From positions 1 through 37,501 of the forward strand of contig JAFNAJ010000001.1 of assembly GCA_017860085.1 (NCBI GenBank): 37,501 nucleotides of DNA. Reading direction: 5' to 3'. A model generated the notes under the pieces. It ran no database searches, was not told the DNA's origin, and saw only the letters and a program-made list of their open reading frames with translations. The position numbers were made by a program, and so were the translations under genes. The stretch's first letter is position 1. Every line of letters begins with the position of its first letter. Of this stretch, positions 11,480 to 18,807 are shown in pieces. This DNA comes from Acidobacteriota bacterium (lineage in GTDB: Bacteria > Acidobacteriota > Vicinamibacteria > Vicinamibacterales > JAFNAJ01).

Positions 11480-12966
11480 GGTGCGTACCGCTCCTCGGGC
11501 CGGCCGTTCCTCTCGCCGTGCATGGCCGCCAGTCGCCGGGCTGCGGCCTCGCGCATGACCTCGGTCGGCGCCTGTTGTCCCGTCCACCACTCGAACTGCC
11601 GCGCCCCCTGCGCGACCAACATGTCGAGCCCGCCGATGGTGGTGCACCCGCGTCGCCGCGCCTCGGCGAGCAACGGCGTCTCCGCGGGGTGGTACGCGAG
11701 GTCGTAGACCAGGCGTCCATCGAGCGCCGTGCCTTCGACCGGGCTCGACACGCCATCGGGGCCGCTTTCGGCCGGTATGGCGTTGACCAGCAGGTCCCAC
11801 GTCCCAGGCGGGACGGGCAGAGGTCCCCACCCCGCACCGAAGGGTTCGGCCACTAGGCGGGCGCGTGTCGCGTCGCGGGCCCTCACGGTGACACGGGCTT
11901 CTCGATCGGTGAGGCCCGCCACGACGGCGCGCGCCGCACCTCCGGCTCCCACCACCGTTGCGCGGAGGCCCCCGAGCTCCAAGTCGGCCAAGGGTGCGAG
12001 GAATCCTTCGAGGTCGGTATTCGTGGACTCCCATCCCGCCAGGCTCTGAGACCACCGCAGCGTGTTCGCTGCATCGAGCCGCAACACGACGCTGTCTCGC
12101 GACACCGATGCGCGGGCTGCCGCCAGCTTGTGCGGCGCCGTCACGCTGCAGCCCTCCAGCCCCAGGACGGTTCGCGACGCGTCCACGTCCTCAAACGCCT
12201 CCGTTTCCAAAGGCAGGTAGACGGCGTCGACCTTCGTAACCGCAAATGCGGCGTTGTGCATCGCGGGCGACACAGAACGCCTGACGGATCGCCCGACCAC
12301 CCCATACACCCTCGTGCCGGGGCCCACGCTGCGAATTCGAAACTCGTCGAGGAGTCGTTCGAGCGAAAGCTGCCCGGCTGCCACGTCGCCGGCGTACGTC
12401 CACACCGACCCAAACCTCGACGGAAGGACTCGGGTCGCCACACCGGCCTCCCCCATGCCGACCAGCACGAGGCGCCCGCTGGCCCCGTGTTGGCGGCCGC
12501 ACGCGGCCAAGATCGGCAAGTCTGCCAGCCGCCCAACCAGCACGGCCATCTTGGCTCGCGCCGCGCCAGTGGCAAGCATCGCCCTCACACGTTCGGTCAG
12601 GTCGGAGGGAACGCCCCCGGACTCGTGCCACGACAGCACGATGCGGTCGGGGCACCGCGTCAGCAGGTCGTCTCGGAACGGCGCTCCCCATTCGACATCG
12701 ACGTACTCGGCACCAGCCTCGAGCGCGGCCTCCAGGATGCGGCGTCGCTCGTCCTCCCCGCCCTCGAAGCGCCCTCCATCCCAGCGAGGACGGCACGTAA
12801 CCACGGCCGGGCGCCTGCGACCTGCGAGCGCCGCGCCCGGGTCGGGCTCTTCGAGGCCATCGAGCCGCAGTTCGATCAGGTCGGCGCGGGCCGCCGCCTC
12901 GCGGTCGCGGCGCAGCTCGCCGTGACTGCCGGCCATCACGGTTGCACAGATTCGACAGTGGGTCAT
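11476..12966 (-). CDS. aroDE: Bifunctional type I 3-dehydroquinate dehydratase / shikimate dehydrogenase (AroD-AroE fusion)
   Basis: N-half: IELRLD, VVTCR..WDGG, YVDVE, LSWH, RAKMAV. C-half: SPAMHNAAF, SVTAPHK, AANTL, TNTD, GAGGAARA, DLAYHPAETPLL, GLDMLVAQG. Confidence 0.92.
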   Translation of the reverse strand: MTHCRICATVMAGSHGELRRDREAAARADLIELRLDGLEEPDPGAALAGRRRPAVVTCRPRWDGGRFEGGEDERRRILEAALEAGAEYVDVEWGAPFRDDLLTRCPDRIVLSWHESGGVPSDLTERVRAMLATGAARAKMAVLVGRLADLPILAACGRQHGASGRLVLVGMGEAGVATRVLPSRFGSVWTYAGDVAAGQLSLERLLDEFRIRSVGPGTRVYGVVGRSVRRSVSPAMHNAAFAVTKVDAVYLPLETEAFEDVDASRTVLGLEGCSVTAPHKLAAARASVSRDSVVLRLDAANTLRWSQSLAGWESTNTDLEGFLAPLADLELGGLRATVVGAGGAARAVVAGLTDREARVTVRARDATRARLVAEPFGAGWGPLPVPPGTWDLLVNAIPAESGPDGVSSPVEGTALDGRLVYDLAYHPAETPLLAEARRRGCTTIGGLDMLVAQGARQFEWWTGQQAPTEVMREAAARRLAAMHGERNGRPEERYAP

Positions 12967-12984
12967 CCTGAACCCGCGAACAGC

Positions 12985-13020
12985 AAAAAGCCCCTTCAAC
13001 CGGATCGGCTGAAGGGGCTT
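12985..13020 (-). terminator. Intrinsic terminator of the leader (attenuator)
   Basis: Minus strand AAGCCCCTTCAGCCG-ATC-CGGTTGAAGGGGCTT-TTTG: about 15-bp stem (one G-U) and a 5-U run, ending 18 nt before the aroDE ATG. Confidence 0.88.
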
Positions 13021-13046
13021 GCTGAGTCCGCGCCGTGCTGTTCACG

Positions 13047-13142
13047 CTAGGCCCGCGCAGCCTCCCCTTCGGTGCTGATGCCGCGCCACCACGCGCACGA
13101 CGTCGCGCGGATCACACGGCCGGGAAACTCGAAGGCAAACAT
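13047..13142 (-). CDS. trpL: Attenuator leader peptide, 31 aa: MFAFEFPGRVIRATSCAWWRGISTEGEAARA
   Basis: Hand-translated from ATG 13142 to TAG 13047. Tandem TGG TGG (13086-13091) and three Phe codons at positions 2, 4, 6; lies between promoter and terminator of the aro/trp operon. Confidence 0.85.
   Translation of the reverse strand: MFAFEFPGRVIRATSCAWWRGISTEGEAARA
13058..13070 (-). promoter_or_regulatory. Antiterminator 5' strand
   Basis: GAAGGGG-AG-GCTG in leader codons 25-29 is complementary to CAGC-AAG-CCCCTTC (13011-13024), which overlaps the terminator 5' arm. Confidence 0.78.
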
Positions 13143-13150
13143 CGCGTCGG

Positions 13151-13179
13151 ACGATAACAGAGCCCTTGGCCCCCGTCAA
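13151..13179 (-). promoter_or_regulatory. Sigma70-type promoter of the leader/aro-trp operon
   Basis: TTGACG-17 nt-TATCGT with extended TGn; 8 nt from the -10 to the leader ATG. Confidence 0.75.
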
Positions 13180-13208
13180 CTCGTGTGACCGGCGTGCGAC
13201 CGGCGACC

Positions 13209-13237
13209 TTGACCACCTTCGATCCGGTTGCTATAAC
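13209..13237 (+). promoter_or_regulatory. Sigma70-type promoter of the S55 peptidase operon
   Basis: TTGACC-17 nt-TATAAC with extended TGn; back-to-back with the aro/trp promoter. Confidence 0.72.
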
Positions 13238-13273
13238 CGAAACATAGAAGGTAGCGTGACAGCACGAAATCCC

Positions 13274-15100
13274 ATGCGATTCACGGTGGCCGCAGCCTGC
13301 GCGCTCCTCCTGCTCGGCGGCACATGCACAGACTCGCAGACGGCCTTGATGCCCGTCGACGAGGTCAGGGCCGGCATGACCGGGACGGGATACACCGTCT
13401 TCAAGGGCGAGGCTCCTGAGCCATTCACCGTCCATATTCTCGGCACGCTCCACAACGTCGTTGGCCCCCGTCGGACGATGATTCTGGCGCGACTCGAGGG
13501 CGGTCCGCTCGCCACGTCGGGCGTGATCGCGGGGATGAGCGGGAGCCCCGTCTACGTGGACGGCCGGCTCGTGGGCGCCATCGCGTACTCCCTCGGCGCG
13601 TTTCCCAGGGAGCCGATTGCGGGCATCACACCGATCGCCGAAATGATCGAGGCCGCTCGCCTGTCGACGCCGCGGTCGGCGTCGCAGCGCGCGTTGCCGA
13701 CGCGCCTCGACGCCCCCGACGCGCTCGCGTCAGCGGTGCGTGCGCTCCTGCCCGGCGCCTCGCCGTTTGCGGAGCGACTGGCGGACGTCCGCGTCGCCGG
13801 CGGCGACGTCGGGCCGTACGCCTTGAGCCTCACGCCCATCGCGACGCCGGTCTCCCTGGCAGGGTTCAGCGGTGACGCGCGAGCGGTGCTGACCAGCGTG
13901 CTCGAGCAGGGGGGGTTCGTCGCCGTCGCCGGCGGCAGCGCCTCGCCGTCCCGAGCACCGTCAGGTGACCGTGCTCTCGCGCCGGGCGACGCCGTTGGTG
14001 TGTCGCTCGTGTCGGGCGACCTGTCGCTGGCGGCCACGGGCACCGTGACCCACGTGGACGGTGACCGCGTCTACGCCTTCGGCCATCCCTTTCTCAATCT
14101 CGGTCCCATCTCGTTCCCCATGACGCGGGCCGAAGTTCACGCGGTCGTCCCCAGCCTGATGTCGTCGATGAAGCTCTCGAGCGTCGGCGCCCCGATCGGC
14201 ACGGTGCGTCAGGATCGGGCCTCGACCATCGCGGGAACGCTCGGCGCCCCTCCGCCGATGGTGCCCGTGCGGATCACGCTCGAGAGCCAGGGGGCGCCGT
14301 CGCGCCGGTTCGCCTTCGAGGTCGCCAACGACCAGGTGTTCACCCCGCTCCTCGCCTTCGCCACGGTCCTTTCCGTCTTCCAGTCGTACGAACGGGAGAT
14401 GGGGTCGGCCACGTTCGCCGTGTCGGGATCAGCCCGTGTCAAGGGGCTTGGCGCAGTGTCGCTCGAGAACGTCTTCGCGGGCGATGCTGCCTCGGCGAAT
14501 GCCGCGGCCTCGGTGGCAGCTCCCCTGACCTCTCTCCTGCGCAACGAGCTGGCCGACGTCGAGATCGAGGGGATCGACCTGGTGGTGCAGTCGACCGAGC
14601 AGACCCGCACGGCGACGATCGAGCGCGTGTGGCTCGACGGCGGCGATGTCCGAGCAGGTCGAACGCTCGTTCTCAAGATCGCCACGCGATCGTACCGTGG
14701 AGAGGAGACGGTCCGTTCACTGCCCGTCCCGATTCCCGAGCACGTGAGGGGCCCGCTGACGCTGCTCGTCGCTGACGCGAGCGCGCTCCGCGAGTGGGAG
14801 CAGCACGAGATCCGACCGGCGAGCGACGTGCAGAACATCGGGCAACTGATCCGGCAGTTGAACGAAACCCGCCGCAACAACCGCCTGTACGTGCGGCTCG
14901 CCAGCCAGTCGGCTGGTGCCGTGGTCGGCGGCGAGGCGATGCCCGCGTTGCCCCCGTCCGTGCTCACGGTGCTCGAAGCCGGCGGGACGAGTGGCAGCTT
15001 CACCCCCATCAGGAGCACCATCGTCGGCGAGTGGGACCTGCCGACCCCGGATGTGATCAAGGGTTCCCGTTCGCTCAGGCTTAACGTGGAGCCCCGTTGA
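13274..15100 (+). CDS. Secreted SpoIVB-like peptidase S55 domain protein
   Basis: Signal peptide MRFTVAAACALLLLGG; VRAGMTGTGYTVF, GVIAGMSGSPVYVDGRLVGAIAY (S55 catalytic Ser motif), AFGHPF. Start could be GTG 13256. Confidence 0.85.
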   Translation: MRFTVAAACALLLLGGTCTDSQTALMPVDEVRAGMTGTGYTVFKGEAPEPFTVHILGTLHNVVGPRRTMILARLEGGPLATSGVIAGMSGSPVYVDGRLVGAIAYSLGAFPREPIAGITPIAEMIEAARLSTPRSASQRALPTRLDAPDALASAVRALLPGASPFAERLADVRVAGGDVGPYALSLTPIATPVSLAGFSGDARAVLTSVLEQGGFVAVAGGSASPSRAPSGDRALAPGDAVGVSLVSGDLSLAATGTVTHVDGDRVYAFGHPFLNLGPISFPMTRAEVHAVVPSLMSSMKLSSVGAPIGTVRQDRASTIAGTLGAPPPMVPVRITLESQGAPSRRFAFEVANDQVFTPLLAFATVLSVFQSYEREMGSATFAVSGSARVKGLGAVSLENVFAGDAASANAAASVAAPLTSLLRNELADVEIEGIDLVVQSTEQTRTATIERVWLDGGDVRAGRTLVLKIATRSYRGEETVRSLPVPIPEHVRGPLTLLVADASALREWEQHEIRPASDVQNIGQLIRQLNETRRNNRLYVRLASQSAGAVVGGEAMPALPPSVLTVLEAGGTSGSFTPIRSTIVGEWDLPTPDVIKGSRSLRLNVEPR

Positions 15101-15150
15101 GGCCCACGACGCCGACGTTCTCTTCCCAGGCTTCCCGCATGCCCATACGA

Positions 15151-17358
15151 ATGACGTTCCGACTCTCGCTCGCCATGGCGGTGGGCGCCCTCGTCCCGAC
15201 GGTGTTTGCCGCGACCCCCACGTTCTGGCAAGTCTCGACGCTCGCCGAGTTCCTGAAGGGAGACACGATCGAGCACGTCGCCGTCGACAGCGACGGACGG
15301 CTGATGCTCGGCCCGCGCAACGACGTGGTCTACGCGGGCACCACGCCGGCCATCTGGACCCTCGTCGACGACGGGCAGGGTGCGTTTCTGGCTGGAACCG
15401 GCAACGACGGCCAGGTCCTCAGGATCACCCTCGATGGTCAGGCGGCCGTGGCGTTCGATGCCAGCGAGGCCCAGGTACACGCAGTCGCAGCCGGCCCCGG
15501 ACAGGCCTTCCTCGCGGGCACGGCCCCGGACGGCAAGCTGTATCGTGTGGCGCCCGACGGGGCATCGTCGGTGCTCCACGATCCGCAGGACAAGTACATC
15601 TGGGCGGTCGTCGTGGCGCCCGACGGCACCGCCTATGTGGGCACCGGTGAGAAGGCCGCCGTCTACCGTGTGTCTCCCGCAGGCCAGGCCGCCGTGCTCT
15701 ACCGGCCAAAGGCGGCCAACGTGACCGCGTTGGCGCTCGATCCGCAAGGCAACCTGCTCGTCGGCACCGAGTCGCCCGGGCAAGTCGTTCGAGTCGACAG
15801 CCAAGGCCGGCCCTTCGTGCTGCTCGATTCGCCCTTCCGAGAGATCCACAGCTTGCGCATCGATGCACGCGGCCATGTGTACGCCGTCGCGCTCGATGGC
15901 GCCGAGGACGAAGCCAAGGCTGCGCCGGCTCCGGCTTCAAAGGCGCCCCCAGCCACTCCCGTACCAGTCGTGTCGACGCAAATCACGGTGACGTCGGTCG
16001 CGGGCGTCGGCGTCGACGCCGGCGTCGCCACCCCGTCGCCTTCCGCAGACCAGGCCGGTGGCAAACCGAAGGGTGCGGTGTACCGCATTGCCCCTGACGG
16101 CTTGTGGGACACTGTCTGGCAGTCGAACGACGACCTGCCCTACGACGCCTTCCCCCAAGGAGACGGCTCGCTGCTCATCGGCACGGGGGCCAAGGGCAAG
16201 ATCTTCCAAGTCATGGAGGGTTCGGCACGGGCGACGCTCGTCGCCCGCGCGTCGGCCCAGCAAGTCACCAGATTCGCGCGCGTCGCTGGCGGGGACGTGT
16301 GCTACGCCGTCTCCAACCCCGGCAAGGTGTTCCGGCTGTCGTCCAGTGTGGCGGCCCGCGGCGAATACCAATCTGACGTCCGCGATGCCGGCACCGTTGC
16401 GACCTGGGGCGCGGTGCGGTGGCACGGACGCACGCCACCGGGCACAGCGATCGAGATCTCGACGCGCTCGGGCAACACGAAACGCCCCGACGACAACTGG
16501 AGCGACTGGTCTGTTGCCTACGCGGACGCCGCGGGCTCGCAGATTGCGAGCCCCAAGGCACGCTACCTGCAATGGCGCGCCGTGCTCACTGGAAAAGGTG
16601 TCACGCCTGTGCTGACGTCGGTCACCGCGGCGTACCTGCCGCGCAACGCAAGACCGACCGTCGAAGCCATCACGGTCCACCCGCCAGGCACGGTGTTCTA
16701 CAAGCCCTATCCCACAGGTGAACAGGATCTTGCGGGATTCGACAGCGGGACATCCGACGGCTACCAGCCCGGTCGGCTCGGGGCAGCGGCTTCGTCGTCG
16801 ACGCCGCCGGCCCTCGGCCGCCGCACCTATGAGAAGGGTCTCCAGGCCTTTGCCTGGAAGGCCACCGACGAAGGGGACGACCGGCTGCTGTTCGACGTGT
16901 TCTACCGTCACGAGGGCGACGCGACGTGGCGGCCCTTGCGTCGCGGTCTCTGGGACCCGCTCTTCACGTGGGACACCACCTCGGTGCCCGACGGCACCTA
17001 CACGATCAAGGTGGTCGCCTCCGACGCACCGTCGAACGCCCCAGGGGCAGCGCTCGTCGGCGAATTGGAGAGCGTGGCGTTCGAGATCGACAACACGTCA
17101 CCGATCATCGAGCGCGGGGCGGCCACACCGTCCGGGGATCGGACCGTTGTCCGCTTCGTCGTGCGTGATGGGCATTCGGCCGTGCAGCGCGTCGAGTACT
17201 CGCTCGACGCGAATCGCTGGCGCCTGGTCTATCCGGTTGACGGCATTGCCGATTCGCGGGAAGAGGCCTTCGAGGTCGTGCTCGAAGGCGTGGCCAGCGC
17301 CATCGTGCGCGCGTCGGATTCGCTCGGGAACATCGCGACCGAGGTCGTTGGTCGCTGA
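15151..17358 (+). CDS. Secreted beta-propeller repeat protein with C-terminal beta-sandwich (FN3/Ig-like) region
   Basis: Signal peptide, repeated blades (AGTGNDGQVLRI, AGTAPDGKLYRV, VGTGEKAAVYRV, VGTESPGQVVRV, IGTGAKGKIFQV), Pro/Ala linker, WDTTSVPDGTYTIKVVASD. Start uncertain (15097-15175). Confidence 0.72.
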   Translation: MTFRLSLAMAVGALVPTVFAATPTFWQVSTLAEFLKGDTIEHVAVDSDGRLMLGPRNDVVYAGTTPAIWTLVDDGQGAFLAGTGNDGQVLRITLDGQAAVAFDASEAQVHAVAAGPGQAFLAGTAPDGKLYRVAPDGASSVLHDPQDKYIWAVVVAPDGTAYVGTGEKAAVYRVSPAGQAAVLYRPKAANVTALALDPQGNLLVGTESPGQVVRVDSQGRPFVLLDSPFREIHSLRIDARGHVYAVALDGAEDEAKAAPAPASKAPPATPVPVVSTQITVTSVAGVGVDAGVATPSPSADQAGGKPKGAVYRIAPDGLWDTVWQSNDDLPYDAFPQGDGSLLIGTGAKGKIFQVMEGSARATLVARASAQQVTRFARVAGGDVCYAVSNPGKVFRLSSSVAARGEYQSDVRDAGTVATWGAVRWHGRTPPGTAIEISTRSGNTKRPDDNWSDWSVAYADAAGSQIASPKARYLQWRAVLTGKGVTPVLTSVTAAYLPRNARPTVEAITVHPPGTVFYKPYPTGEQDLAGFDSGTSDGYQPGRLGAAASSSTPPALGRRTYEKGLQAFAWKATDEGDDRLLFDVFYRHEGDATWRPLRRGLWDPLFTWDTTSVPDGTYTIKVVASDAPSNAPGAALVGELESVAFEIDNTSPIIERGAATPSGDRTVVRFVVRDGHSAVQRVEYSLDANRWRLVYPVDGIADSREEAFEVVLEGVASAIVRASDSLGNIATEVVGR

Positions 17359-17363
17359 GGACG

Positions 17364-18119
17364 TCAGCTGATCGTCTTGCCGCGGACCGTGGTGTGGGTC
17401 ACCACCCACACCATGTTCACGGCCACCGGTGCGCCGGCGAACGAAGCAGGGCTGAAGCGCGCCTCCGACACGGCGCGCACGAGACGCGACACGGTCTCGT
17501 GGTCGCCCGCCGAGGCCCTCAGCACAGACGGTCGTACCACCAGCCCCTCTCTCGTGACGACGGCGGCCAATGCAAAGACCACGTCGTCGTCGGTCGAAGA
17601 CGACTCCTCGACCAGGGCCGATACCGCCGGCTCGCGCACCACGCGGGGCGGGACCATGCGCTCGTCGATGCTCACCGGGTAGAGGTTCGAACCCGGCGCT
17701 GCCAGCGCGGCCAGGATGCCGGCCAAGGAGTCTGCCCGCACCTGCGGCGCCAAGTAGCCGACGCCGACGAGCAGCGCAGCGCACAGGCCCGTTGCGGCGG
17801 TCGCGGCCAGCGCAGCCCACACCAGGTGCATGTCCTCGAACGCCCGACTCATTCGCACTCTGACCGACTGCTCGCGTTCGGCTTCTGCCCGGGCCACGGT
17901 GGCCTGGCCGGCGCGTGCGATCTCGTCGAGCGGCAGTGGCAGGCCCGTCGCGGCCCGCCTGATCACCTGCCCCAGTCGCTGCAGCCGTTCCACCTCCCGA
18001 GCGCACCCCTTGCAGCGCTCGAGGTGCGTCTCAACGGCACACATCTCCTGGACCGTGAGTTCGCGGTCGCAGAACCCGGACAGGTGGCGTCTGAGGCGGG
18101 CGCAGGTCAGGCGCGTCAT
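17364..18119 (-). CDS. Zinc-binding anti-sigma factor (zf-HC2) with TM helix and TonB C-terminal-like domain
   Basis: C..RRHLSGFCDREL...HLERCKGC (HxxxCxxC); hydrophobic LVWAALAATAATGLCAALLVGVGYL; C-terminal AVVTREGLV...AVSEARFSPASFAGAPVAVNM; overlaps the sigma stop. Confidence 0.82.
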   Translation of the reverse strand: MTRLTCARLRRHLSGFCDRELTVQEMCAVETHLERCKGCAREVERLQRLGQVIRRAATGLPLPLDEIARAGQATVARAEAEREQSVRVRMSRAFEDMHLVWAALAATAATGLCAALLVGVGYLAPQVRADSLAGILAALAAPGSNLYPVSIDERMVPPRVVREPAVSALVEESSSTDDDVVFALAAVVTREGLVVRPSVLRASAGDHETVSRLVRAVSEARFSPASFAGAPVAVNMVWVVTHTTVRGKTIS

Positions 18120-18721
18120 AGGTCCACCAGTTGGGCGCGCAAGGCTTCCCGCGCGCGAGCCAGGCGAGACTTCACCGTTCCCCCCGCCACGCCCAGTGAA
18201 AACGCGATCTCCTCATAGCTCAGACCATCGATCTCGCGAAGCACGATCGCCGTGCGCTGCTCGAACGGCAGCTGCTCGAGCGCCCGCCAGACGCGGTCGG
18301 CAGTCTCCTTCTGGTCGAGAAGCCTGTCTGGGGCCGGACCGGCGTCTCGAAACGCCCGTTCACCGCGTGCGCGAACGTGCTCGTCGAGCGACACCTGGTC
18401 GCCCTGCCGGCGACGACGCCACCAGCGCTGCCGGTTCCACGCCTGGTTGACGACGATCCGATAAATCCAGGTCCGGAGACTCGACTGGCCCTTGAAGGTG
18501 CCGAGTGTCCGGAAGACGCGCAGGAAGACCTCCTGCGATACGTCGAGCGCCTCGTTGTGATCGCCCAGCAGGTGAAGCGCCAGTTGATACACCATGCGCT
18601 GGTGCTGCTCGACGAGATCGCTGCACGCCACCTCGTCGCCGGCTGAACAGCGGGCGATGAGTGCGGCCTCGCCGGTCTCGACCCCGGTCCAGGCAAGTGC
18701 GGCTGCGGGTTTGGCGGACAT
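18116..18721 (-). CDS. ECF sigma-70 factor (RpoE/SigW-like)
   Basis: Region 2 DVSQEVFLRVFRTLGTFKGQSSLRTWIYRIVVN; region 4 LREIDGLSYEEIAFSLGVAGGTVKSRLARAR. Alternative GTG start at 18733. Confidence 0.93.
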   Translation of the reverse strand: MSAKPAAALAWTGVETGEAALIARCSAGDEVACSDLVEQHQRMVYQLALHLLGDHNEALDVSQEVFLRVFRTLGTFKGQSSLRTWIYRIVVNQAWNRQRWWRRRRQGDQVSLDEHVRARGERAFRDAGPAPDRLLDQKETADRVWRALEQLPFEQRTAIVLREIDGLSYEEIAFSLGVAGGTVKSRLARAREALRAQLVDL

Positions 18722-18766
18722 CCTTTCGGCCACCAGGCGCTCTCCGGCTAGAATACCGACGATAGA

Positions 18767-18795
18767 TTAGAACCCGCAAGAGGCCCGGTTGTTCC
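18767..18795 (-). promoter_or_regulatory. Candidate ECF-type (autoregulatory) promoter
   Basis: GGAACAA-17 nt-TCTAA upstream of the ECF gene; resembles RpoE/AlgU-type GGAAC...TCT/TCA promoters. Confidence 0.55.
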
Positions 18796-18807
18796 GGGTC
18801 ACCAGCC

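Noticed and set aside
5642-12055. Apparent long N-terminal extensions or fusions in the ORF track (trpB 628 aa, trpF 543 aa, trpE 688 aa)
   Set aside because: The extensions overlap upstream genes in another frame; true starts sit at or just after the upstream stops.
573-13050. Long plus-strand ORFs opposite the ligase and trp operon (e.g. 573-2006, 3083-4690, 12130-13050)
   Set aside because: Antisense shadows of well-supported genes; expected in high-GC DNA; no recognisable motifs.
12967-13150. T-box riboswitch or TRAP-binding leader
   Set aside because: No T-box consensus, the leader is too short, and there are no (G/U)AG repeats; the leader-peptide model explains the region.
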